From: Pseudovirgaria hyperparasitica
Taxonomy: Eukaryota
Strand: one strand, 5' to 3'
Length of the DNA: 64,000 bases
NCBI GenBank assembly: GCA_010093815.1
Contig: ML996588.1
Shown here: one piece after another, positions 13,018 to 27,102 of the stretch
Layout of the letters: each line of letters begins with the position of its first letter
How positions within the stretch are numbered: the first letter of the stretch is position 1
Program-made: the position numbers and the translations under genes
Notes under the pieces: generated by a model
Databases searched by the model: none
What the model saw: only the letters and a program-made list of their open reading frames with translations
Told to the model about the DNA's origin: nothing

Positions 13018-13340
13018 ATGAACTTCTGGCTAGGCTTCGGCCTCATCCTACTGCTTCCTATCACCGCATTCTTTGGTCAGTTAGATTCAACTGCTGTAGT
13101 ACGATCCTTTGACACCTTTCAGCATTCCTGATCCTTTCATCTTGCATGGGCGACAGATTCCGAGCACGTGTTCAAGCACGTCTATCCCCTCTATCGGCTG
13201 TGTCATACCCAGGGCAAGCATCATTCGGTCGAACGTATGCCAGATCGATGATGTCTGGGGCTGCTCCGGCGGGATGGGAGCAGATCGAAATGGAGGACAT
13301 GATGAGTGATATTCGCGATTCAGGGGACGACGAAAGATGA
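13018..13340 (+). CDS. Small single-pass membrane protein of unknown function (~91 aa)
   Basis: ATG 13018 MNFWLGFGLILLLPITAFF, 47-nt intron 13076-13122 (GTCAGT..TTGAC..TTCAG), exon 2 in frame with ORF 13146-13340 (..AGWEQIEMEDMM..). Confidence 0.7.
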
Positions 13341-13488
13341 TGCTTGAGACATGATCCTCAATCACGCAGATTTTGCATATTGTTACATTTTACAGCTTTA
13401 CAAGCCACCGATTAAGCTATGCTCTTGCAGACAGTCACACACCAGAAACGCCTCTGTATGCATATGCCGCATTCGTACCAAGGTCAAT

Positions 13489-15120
13489 TCACATACCATT
13501 CCTGTTCCCCAGAATAACATTGATCAAGCCTTCCCTCGTCTCGCCGACCTTAGTGGCTAAGTTCAGAATCGCCGCTTCAAAGGCTTGGAAAGTCATGCCA
13601 AGATCTTTCAGTCCGTCATGCTTGGCCGGTGTTTGGCCCATGCCAGAAGCGCCGCGATCTCTTAGCTCCGTGAGCTCCCGTGCCTTTTGCATAGTGCTAG
13701 CCTCGACTGTATGCAAGTGTGACTCGATTTCCTCCAGGTGTGCCTGATGTTGCGTGATGGCCTCCGATAAACCAGCTTGCTTCGACTCGAAGTAAGAGGC
13801 CATATCGACGGCCGAAGAGATGTCTTGATCAGCCAGCGAGGATCTCGGAAGGGACGTCCCGAAGCCAGAATTTCCGGGGTAGTGGAACTGGGATGGTAAT
13901 TTCAATTGCTCAATAGCCATAAAGGAGAGCCTGGCTTCTTCTGCATCCCGCTTCACGCTCAACTTCACATTGTGAATATCATTTGCATCGTTGTCGAGAG
14001 CAGTCTCCACCGCGTTGAGTCGACTCGAGAGATATTCGACATCTGGCGCTACGCTCGCAATCTTCTCTTGCATGGAGGGGAGGAAAACGCTGATCTGAGT
14101 GTGGTACTGTAGCTGTTGCTGGATGAAGTTCTCCATTTGTACTATTTCATTCTTGAGAGATTCGTGGAGGTCGGAGAACCGAGTGCTTGGCCTGAGATTG
14201 GAAAGATCAATCGTCACCCCCGGAACAGTATTCGTCGATGCGCCCGCGTTTTGCTGCTGTGCATTGTTTTGGCCGCCGAATAGCGAGGATCCGGTAGCCT
14301 GAGCTGGTTGTGTAGAACCAAATAGAGTAGGCTTTGATTGGGCTTGTGTCGTGCTTGAAGCACCGCTTTGCCACATGGTCAGATGAAGACTTACGCCGAT
14401 CAGATCAAAGAACTTACAACAACGACGGGGTTGCCGGCTTGTTTTGATTGTTTAAGCCCCCGAAAAGCCCACCGCTTTGTTGCCCCTGCGTCTGGGTACC
14501 TCCACCAAGCGTCGTTCCACCAAACAAGGATGAGCTTGCTTGTGGTTGGCTCTGTGCCGTATTGTTTCCGCCAAAAAGTCCACCCGTGGTGCCTGTAGCT
14601 TGAGATTGACCGAAAAGACCGCTTCCTGCAGTTGCAGTATTTTGCGTTTGTGGAGCTTGTGTACTGGCGGCATTACCGAAAAGGCCTCCGCTCTGAGGCG
14701 CAGAAGACGTGGTCTGTCCAAAAAGTCCACTGCTCTGAGGTTGTGACGTTGTATTACCAAATAATCCACCTGTACTGGGTGCCTTTGTCGAAGCACCGAA
14801 CAGTCCGCCGGTTTGAGGTTGCGTAGTAGCTGCCGGAGCTCCAAAGAGTCCGCTAGTTTGCGCAGTGTTTGTCGTCGAACCGAAGAGAGAGTTGCCTCGC
14901 TGGGGTTGTGCGGCAGCGCCAGAATTACTATTCATACGGTCAGCGTCACCGAATAGAAGACATCGACACTCAGATCAAGGGAGGATGCAAGCCAGGTAGG
15001 CCTGCTACGCGGTTGCAACTGTGCGCGCCCGCGCGCAAACATCGAAATATGGACGCACAACAAGGAGTTTGTTTGGCTTGTGTTTATGCTGAGGGAGTTT
15101 GACCTGCCGAAGCCCGACAT
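13489..15120 (-). CDS. NUP49: GLFG/SLFG nucleoporin, Nup49/Nup58-like
   Basis: Three exons (MSGFGRSNSLSINT.., many GLFG/SLFG repeats, C-terminal coiled coil starting LRPSTRFSDLHESLKNEI). Confidence 0.85.
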
Positions 15121-15503
15121 TTTGAGTCTTGACGTCCACCACGAACTAGCTGTGGTGATGTCGCGCGGTGTATAGCGTAGTCGCGGCTACGGAAACGTCC
15201 AGGGCGAGCCGGCTAGAGCTGGCAGAGAGTTTGTTCTTCGGATCTTATAGCGCGGGATTCGTTATTGAGAGACGGTGTATAGGCTTTCGTTGTGGATAGT
15301 CTCGAGTGTCAACATTTGTTGCGGCAGACAGCTTCGGCGTGAAGTTCGTTTTGGCCCGACGCGCCATCAGCCAATCAAAGAGCTACATCAGCTCCGGCAT
15401 CCATAGCTACCTCTAAACATTCAACCTTCGGCTCCACCCTCTCATTTTGCTCACGCAATCACTGTGACACTATTCCTCCATAGACCTTGGCTTGAGAATC
15501 AAC
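15121..15503. promoter_or_regulatory. Putative bidirectional promoter NUP49/FIP1 with CCAAT box
   Basis: Divergent ATGs about 380 bp apart; cagCCAATca at ~15368-15377. Confidence 0.45.
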
Positions 15504-16644
15504 ATGGAGGACGAAGATGACTTTTACGGCACAGGAGAGGGAGGGCAAGACGCCAATGCGCACGAGACACCGGCGGATGAAGGTGACGATGTAAAAGACG
15601 AGAAAATGGACGAGGAGCTTGAGGAAGGCGAAGAGGAAGAGTCAGACGATTCGGTACGTGCTGCGGTCTTCGTATCATGCCGTCGCTAACTCACAGCTGC
15701 AGGACATCGACATCATAACAGAGCGCAAAGATAATGCCGAACCTGCACCGTAAGTCGCCCTTGCGCTCACTCTAGTCGCGCAACAACAATGGAGGCTTGC
15801 ATTTCTACGTACTGAAGGATGGTTGTAGTCCACGGAATCAATATCAGTCAATTAAACAGGATCCACGGCCGTCGTCAACAGACGTGGCTTCAAGAGGCGG
15901 ACAGCAATCGACAGCTAGCAGAATATCTACGGCGCCAACACCGGTAGCGTCGCAAAAGCTGCGAGATGGCTCAAAGTTTCCTGAGGTACATACCTCGACT
16001 GTGAATGTCGAAGCAGATCCTATGTATGAGCCTGCTGGAAAGCCTATATCGCAGGTTGACCTTGATGCGGGTAAGTCCTTCTCTATGGTACACGTATATG
16101 AAGTTACGCCGACTCACATACGTTCTGTGCAGACATGGCCGAGCATACGAAGCCATGGCGTCTTCCAGGCAGTGACCAAAGCGATTACTTCAATTATGGC
16201 TTCGACGAATTCACATGGGCGTCCTACGTCATCCGACAGCAAACTATGGCGAACCAACTTGTCAGCCAAAAAGCAGAAACTGCGCAATTCCAACAGATGT
16301 TTGGGGGTGGTATGCCTGGCATGCCAGTGCCCCCGGCAGCACCTGCTGCTCCCCAAGGAGGGGGCGGAGGACCGCCTGCGGGCATGCCGGGAATGCCCAG
16401 CGAACAAGAGATGATGCAAATGGCACAGATGATGATGGCGAGCGGGCAGGACCCTAGCTCAATGGACTTTGGCACATTCATGCAGCAATTTGGCGGCGGC
16501 GGTGGTGGTCAAGGCCAAGGCCAAGCTCAGGGCAATTATGGAAACCAGAATTACCAAAACCAAGGCTCAGGACAGAACGCTGGCGGTGGTGGCGGCAATT
16601 TTGGAGGCGGTAGAGGGAGTCGAAGAGGGGGTAGATGGAACTGA
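15504..16644 (+). CDS. FIP1: Pre-mRNA polyadenylation factor Fip1
   Basis: Acidic N-terminus MEDEDDFYG, Fip1 motif [28 protein letters not shown]-rich and RGG tail; three introns. Confidence 0.95.
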
Positions 16645-17304
16645 AGGTCTCCATAACTGCATGGGAGGCGTTGGGAGGTTGTCACAAATATGCCAGGTTT
16701 GACACGGTATGTAAAAGTAATCGAGACACTATGAGCAGCTCCGGATACCCCATTGATGTACATGGTTTGAGGGGGACTCGCTACGAGCCTCCACAAGGCT
16801 TGATATACACGATTAACATGCTGCACCGAAGAAACCGTTCATATGTTCCACTTCATACGCCCCTGTACAACTATCATATAGTCTTATCGGTGGTTACTCG
16901 TTCAAGCATGCCCATGACGAGGATTCAGCTTTTATATGATCCGGTCTGGCTAAATTTAGCAGGATTTAGAGATCTTCATGAATCGCCCACACCCCGAACA
17001 TCGAACTTGGAAGGCTGCATGTTGGCCCCAGCCGGCTGATGAACTGAACCTATCCACGGCCAGTATCATTGGTGCAAGACACCAGTTTACTGCGTTTTCG
17101 TACGCATCGATTGGAGGTTCAGTCACATAGCATGCCATTCTTTGCGTCTTATGCCTCCCAGGTAAGTGGCGCTATACTGCAGACCTCCAAGTGATCAAGT
17201 ACGGATGCAATCCCGAGACCATGGGTCGCGCTGTGTACTTCACGCAGAGTATGCCCATATATGTTACGTGAATCGACCCTCGAAAGCAAATTCCGCGACG
17301 AGCC

Positions 17305-18747
17305 ATGGCGTACGACGAGACGACTTTGCTGGCTATTGGCATAATACTGCCTCTCATCGCACTTGGTCTTCGATTCCATGTCCGCCTCAAAGTCCGTCCT
17401 CAGCCTCTCGGCTGGGACGACTGGCTGGCTCTTATTGCAGGAGCTCTCTTGCTTGAAGTGCAAATTCATCATTTCATTGGTCCAGCCCCGACTGCTTATG
17501 AGCGATGTTTATTTAGTGCTAATGCGGTTGTAGGGATATATCTGGGCTTGAATGGACACCAGGGCGCAGAGGCCGACCCAACGCATTGGGGGGACCGTGG
17601 ACGGATGAACTCTAAAGTAAATAAATTACTTGCGTTCACTTTGTACAGATCTTGACTTGCTCACATGCATGCATGCCAGTTGACGTATATCGTCGTCGTG
17701 ATGGAAAAAGCCCATGTACGGGAGCCATCAAGCTCAGCGAGCTCTTCTTCTTCTTCCGCCGCGTCTTCCCCATTTCGCACATTTCGCAAGATCACCGATG
17801 TATTCATTGTCTTGACAGCGTTGTGGGCTCTCGTGTACACGTTTCTCGAAATCTTCCAGTGTGGTACGCACGTCACAGCGCAGTGGACAGCGCCGGAGCT
17901 CTGTTCCAGCCGCTACGGTCTGAAGGATCACCCTTCGGTACTGTTGTCGTTTGCCATTACTGACGTTATAAGTGACGTTGCGATTTTGGTATTGCCATTT
18001 CCTATCATGAGAAGGTTACATCGGCGCCCTAGAGAGCGTTGGGGCATAGCCGGTATCTTTGCCCTTGGCTGGATGTAAGTGTTGGCCGTGAGCGAGAGGT
18101 GGTGATCCCGACTGATCAACATGCACACAGCTCAGCAGCAGCCGGTGCTGTACGCCTCTACTATGTGGTCCATGCTACAAAAAGTCAGTGAAACATCTAC
18201 AGATACAAGGATTTCCAATCTAACATAACGGACAGTCGACCAAGATGCGCTCAGAGCCGAAAGTAAGTCAAGTCTACTTCACACAAGTCGTTAACAAAAT
18301 CCTCTACGCCGTGAGCTAACAAACCCAGACCCAATCCCAGTATATATGCCCCCTTCGACCTGGACATTCACCGAACTCTGCGTCGGAATCACGGCCGCGA
18401 ATCTGCCCCCCTTGGCCCCGTTGATTCGTAAAGCACCGTCGGCAGCAGCGAAGGCCAAAATGTCCATCTCGTCCAGCTGGCTGTCGATCAGGAGTACGCG
18501 GAACGGGTCGACGACAGTGCCGGTATCTGTCAAAGAAGTTGTCGATGAAACGCACGTCCACACCCTGGATCAGTATCGAATAACCCAGTGTCGGCGTCCG
18601 ATCGATGGACACGACAGCCAGATTGGACCACTTCAAGTGCCCGAGTCGCTGGTGCTGGCTGGTTCTGATACAGGCGAGGTGTATAGAGCAAGCTCGCCGA
18701 GACGCTATCATTCTGAAATGGTGCGAGTGAGATTGTCGTTGGGGTAA
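17305..18747 (+). pseudogene. PTH11-like (fungal rhodopsin-domain, no CFEM) integral membrane protein, apparently frameshifted
   Basis: LRFHVR..LGWDDWL, AIKLSELFFFFRRVF, IFQCG, TDVISDVAILVLPFP, GIFALG, WTFTELCVGITAANLPPL. The K-S-L-F motif lies in a different frame from its flanks (17710-17780) and no clear donor is present for the expected first intron. Confidence 0.7.
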
Positions 18748-20193
18748 TAGCTGAAACAACGACTACGTGCGGATTTTACGCGCAGCTCCATATGCTTGCT
18801 CCAGTCAGGGATATATGATTGACCTCATGGCCGACCAAAATTATGCAGGACCACACTCTTGAACGTCTAATCTGCCATACAGCAGTATCACTAAAAGCTC
18901 GACCGCGGATGACCACGCCAGACGGACAGTAGGCCACAGCTACTTCTCAAGTCCGTGCGACAGGGTGCAGTGAGAAGGAACAGTCGCTCAACTTAACTCA
19001 AGCCCTGGAGAGACTGGAGTTCCCGCCTAGCCTGCGAATAGGGGCACACTGCTCATCCACCGCGCGGAGAACAGACGAAGCTGAACTCCACCATGCCATT
19101 CGTCTATTCCTATATCTTCGCTGGTCTATCGCAGACCGCTCCAACAGCCTTGCCGACATTAGCTTGCAAGCTAAAAGTCTCAACATGCGCACTAACAAAA
19201 CGGTATGGCCCCCGGCCCATTCCATAAACCTCAAATATGATAATAGACATTGGACTGCGTGTTTGGATGACACAACTGGGTCCATAAGTTAGTCAATGAA
19301 GAGAATGGGGCAGTATGAGTAGGGACAGCAGGGACAGTAAGGTTAGTATCAGGGGTAAAAGAAGATACGTGGAAAAAGTTGTAGATTTGGGGGAAATACG
19401 ACACGGCTCGGGCGCCGGAGGGGGTCTTGCTTGTCCGGAGGGGACGAGGAAGAGGGAGGAGAAGGAGGATGGAAAAGGGGAGTTTGGGCGAGGGGAGAGG
19501 GGAGAGGGGAGATGGGAGATATAAAGGGGTAGATTAGGGCGTCCAAGGGGGGTGGGAGTGTAAGAGGGCAGGCAGATAGTAGTAGGAGGACTCACTACTA
19601 GCAGGACGTCCATTTTGCTCTATTATAGAATAGAAATCAACCTTTTCTTTTTTTTTAAATAGAGTTAGTGGACTTTATACCTAAAGCTGTATTCTGAATA
19701 TATATGACCATATATATAAAACTAGACATATACATACTAATATACTTATACATACTAGCTAGCTAGCTAGTACATACATCTTCTGTAGATACATGATTAA
19801 GTTCTGTGTATGATATGGGATTCTGGTGAAATACGCACTGCAGCTACACTGGGATACATCCAAGAGTTACCATCTTATGGAGAAATAGTAGCATTTATCT
19901 ACGGTACAGACCACAAAATCAGGACACTACCCTAATGAGAACCACCCAAGAACACTAACAACAATCAAGGCCTGAAATTTAATCACGAGCGTGCTTCATA
20001 AGGTACAAATCTAGATCAAGCACTATGTATATTGTGTAAATATGATATCCGATTTTAACATTTTTATCTAGTTGCTATTTGAGATCATGTGAGCGGTGAT
20101 ACAAGCTTGCGGTATCAAAATATGGCATGAGAACCAAGACAAAAGAAAAACTCAGAATGACTCTCATCTACCACCAGATACCACGCATGCCAC

Positions 20194-22794
<2,601 letters not shown>

Positions 22795-22849
22795 CTACAG
22801 TTCCACTGCCCCGCCTTTTGCTCGACAGTTCTCTTACCGTAAGCGGTAA

Positions 22850-23267
22850 TAGTGCAGCTTTAGTGCATCTTTAGTGCAGTCCCGTACCCGCACTGTAATG
22901 GCGGGTCTCTCATGCATAACTTGCGCCAAGCAGTCAATCAGCCAATCATAGCACCGCCATTACTTTAGTGCATCGCGTCTTCGGTCGCTTCACATGCGGA
23001 ACACAAGCCGAGCTGTCGTCATCGCTGTCCAGTTACCCTGCGTGAAGCTGCGCAGATTTCAGACTATAATGCGCAGTTTATAGACCACGCTCGCCACGAA
23101 CTACACTATAAACCTGGACCCTGACCATGGAACCTGCCAGCATCATCCGATCGATACACGTGATGCCAGGCTCGAGACACGTGACTACTACGCTACACCT
23201 TCCGCTTGTGGCATCCTGCGGCTACGCACGCTTACCCTATAAGGTAGTCAGTTATGATGCTTAGTAA
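22850..23267. promoter_or_regulatory. katG upstream motifs: TAGTGCA x4, CCAAT-N12-ATT, Yap1-type TTAGTAA
   Basis: TAGTGCA at 22850, 22861, 22872, 22966; CCAAT 22942-22946 with ATT at 22959-22961; TTAGTAA 23261-23267. Confidence 0.4.
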
Positions 23268-23837
23268 TTCTTACTTCGGCTGCCTATCTAGGTAGGCACG
23301 AACGTTGACCCTTTTCTATCGTTAACACAATCGCTTTTCACGTGTTCTAGGAAAATGTATGAAGTATCCAAGATGAATATAGAGGAGATACCAAAGACAT
23401 ATAAAGCTTATAGACGAAAGGGTGATCATAGTACCTCAACAAGCCGTGTCATAGTTTCATATTTTGTCCAAGTTCTTCGGTTTCGTAGCTGAACAGTGTT
23501 GTGTGCATCTCAACAAGTCCTGCGCTCACTTTTAATTCGCAAACATAGTTCACCTTTTCAGGGTGACTCGACTCACTCTCTATCCACTTCCATCCTCCGT
23601 TCAATCCAATTCTCAGTCTGTTCGTCATCACTCAAATACACAGCTTCACATCATGCTTGGCCATCGAAGGACACCCCGTCGCCTCAAGAGCATAGTCCCT
23701 CCAGGTGATGCTTCATTGCCAACTGACACCACACCGTACCATACTAACTTCATCTTCCAGGATACACTCCTCCTTTCAGCAAGTGTTCAGAGGATCCAGA
23801 GGACAACGTCAACACTGACAACCCAAGTGACGAAGCA

Positions 23838-24441
23838 ATGACTGATGTACCACCCGAACCAATGCTAGCAGAAGAAGGGGAGATGAAGACCACGCAGGCA
23901 GAGACAGACGCCGCACGAGGAGAAGTACCACAAACAACAAAACACATCTTCCAAAAACGCAGCTGCTTATCACGCATAGCCCACTCTTCTCGACATCCTC
24001 ACAGAAACCCACGCCACCGTCACTAAGCTCCAGCACGAGATCAACGAACTCCAGAACATGCCGCCCTACGGCTTCTTCCGCATCGAGCAGTTCCTGATTG
24101 AAAAGTCTGCTGCCCGAATCAACCTTCGTATACTAACAGAGAACCTCGCAATCCAGATCGGCCGCATCGAGGCTTTACCGCACGACCAGCCACTCCCACC
24201 CGAAGTGCAACTTCAGCTGCTGAAGACAAAGGACGAAAAGGCCCAGCTGGCCGTCGAGAAGGTCAAGGCGGAGGCTGACGAGCTCCGGACAGAACTCGAT
24301 GAGAGCAAGGTCAACTATCAGCAGGTTATAGATTATCTCGGGAACACCGGGACGGAGAATTATACGCTCCGGAAGAACCTGAAGACGAGTGAGGCGCATC
24401 TCAAGAGGGTTACTGCTTTGTATGAAGAGAATCTTGGATGA
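23838..24441 (+). CDS. Hypothetical coiled-coil protein
   Basis: Exon 1 23838-23924, putative intron 23925-23979, exon 2 open (PTLLDILTETH..) into ORF 24058-24441 with a heptad-like E/K/L pattern. Confidence 0.55.
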
Positions 24442-25282
24442 TCATCATGCCATATACGGCTATGGGCATTGGGATACTAGGCTTGATCTTAGGGAGAAGT
24501 ATGCGTTGTAAACTATCAAGCTGATGAAACGATACGTCGCGAAAGATTCACACTCAATTACATGCTTACACCTCCTTCCGGTGGTATTTCTCCTTTAGCT
24601 CGCCCCTACCGTATCAAACGACCCGGACCATGTCCTTTTCTAACTCAATTCTACGTCATCCATTGCTATCTGGTCCTCGTCTTTCCATCTGAGGTAGAAG
24701 AATAAGATCATTAGTCGGATAGTCAGGTGTGCAATAGTGAATTCCATATGGCGAGCAGTCGCTTACCACGACTTCAAATTGAAACCCCTTCAGAAGCTGC
24801 ATGGTCAAATACACTGGAACGGGCGCCAGACTGACTTGTTGATATATAGTTGTCTGTAGTACTACTTCATAAGGAAGCGTCGTGAGGTGAGAGTTCGTAT
24901 ACCGTTTTTGGATTTGACCTCACTTGCGCGAGTCACAAGTGAATACAAAGGGTAAATTTCGGGCAGACACAGCTCTCTTCTGTGTTTATGTCCACAGCTC
25001 GTGCGATAGTGAACTAGTAGATATGCTGTGTCTAGGCCTAGTTCACTTCAGGGGCTGTTCGATGTGCTTCGCTTGGTTCATGTGTTGCCTATCAAGTGAA
25101 TCCATACGCTTTCTGACGCTGTCACTTGAACAACTATGGGTATAAGTACTCTCCCATCTCCACAGTTGGCTCACCTCGTCTCCACCTCTTTCTCTCTCTC
25201 TCCTTCTTACTCTTTTACTCTCTTACTTACTTACTCTGGCTATCACGCTCACTCTCCCTCTCCTCCCCTCTCTCTCTCAATC

Positions 25283-26152
25283 ATGAGCTCTAGAAACGTA
25301 GCTCTGATGCATGGTAAGAAACAACCCAATGCCTACACTACTATATATCAACTAACTTCCATAGCTTCAGCTGCGAATAGTGGCAAGCAAAATGCCCTGT
25401 CTTCCAACAGCAGTGAAGAAGTTTCTCCAGCCGATAGTAAAGCAGTAAGGGATCGTAAAGAGGTAAGTGTGATCGCACAGCCATTTCTCGGAGTTCACCT
25501 TTAATTTTCTCGGCAGCCTAGCTTTTTCGAGGTTTCCATGCTTGCCGAAGATGAGATTGCAACGTTGAGGCATGAAAATGAGGTTCTCGAAAATAGGCTC
25601 TCCGGGTTGACGGAGAGACATTTACTAGAGAACCCATTAGCAGGCGAGTTCACGGCCCTAAAGACTGAGATTGGAACCCTCAAGCATCAGGTCTCCGGCC
25701 TGAAAGACGAACTCTTGTCAAGGACTCTGCTACTAAGCGAACTTGCAGCCCTGAAGCTTAGAAATGGAACTCTTGAGCTCAAGCTACTTGAGTCGAGTGG
25801 CAATCTGTCCGCTGTGACTCAAGCGCTGACTGCAGAGAATAAGGATCTCATGGATCAGGTCTCCAAGCTGAGAGACAACCTCTCTGCAGCGAAATACTCC
25901 GGAGACCAGATGTATAAAGCTCATAGGACCTTTCGTGACAAGGTTCTGACTGCCGTCGTTGATATACTATGCTACCAGCATAGTTGTCTGGAGACCATCG
26001 AGCAGCTGCGGGCCAAGGGTAGAAAGGTCTCCGACACTGAGGAAAGGGCCTTCACGGAGCGCTTGGAGCAGTGTTTCGAGCCATACGAATGGTTTGCAGC
26101 TTCAGAGACCGCTGAAGACCAAGCTGTATCCGCCAGGAGTAGCGGTCTTTAG
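25283..26152 (+). CDS. Hypothetical coiled-coil protein
   Basis: CT-rich leader, ATG 25283, two GTAAG introns, last exon equals ORF 25538-26152 with leucine heptads. Confidence 0.65.
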
Positions 26153-27102
26153 AGTCTCCCAACTTGTCGAGTCCAACACATCGTCTTTATTGTCACTCTA
26201 AAGTTCTAATTCCGGTTGTATCTTCTGCGCCTTCTATTCATATGGATATCCATCTAGGATTTTCATCTCATAGAAGAAAGGAGGAAACCCTTACACATGA
26301 CAATTGAATCATTCAAGATGAGCAGTCCATTCCACTCACACAAAGACGAGAGCCGTAGTTTCTGTAATTAACATAACAAAAAGTCTCCCATCACGCTCTC
26401 AAGAAGTGCTTCATTGACAATTTTGTACCTGCGACCGTCTTCGCTCGAACCCATATAGCCCATATAGAACTAACGAATTAACCAAAGCTCACCATATACA
26501 AGCCCATGTTATCCCAACTTTGGAGTGAGCTGTCAAGCAGGATTATTAAGAAACCCTCCTCGCTAACCTGCCCGTTCTGCACTCTGACTTCATACATCCG
26601 AATCGAACCTACGAAACCCGCCGTGAGGACTCTACCGGAGGGAGCACTATCTGTCCTCACTACGAACGTACAGAGAGTGCGCGGTCCACCACTCCTCACA
26701 GCGCTGAATTACGCTTTGTTTCAATTGCATGCGTGGCACCACAAATATGGTTTTTTGTTTCGGAGAAGAGTGGATCATGGTTATGCGCTAGCTATATCTA
26801 TCCCCTCAAGACAAGCACAGTTTCGCTAGTATGCCGAAAGTAAGGAATACGGCCGACGCGTATGGCCCGCCTCGATGAAGATACTAGCTTGAGGTGATAA
26901 AATGAGCTGGCAGGATTCGGCGTATATTTGCATGTAATCAGAGCGGACAGCTGCACAGTTGTCCGGTGACATTCGCACACGACATTTCACGGTGTCAGGG
27001 AGGCACAGCTCAGCAAGAGTAGCGACAGACAATGACAAGCCGTATGATTGCGAACTGCTCCATGAATGTACAACAACAACATAATAATAATAATACACAG
27101 TC

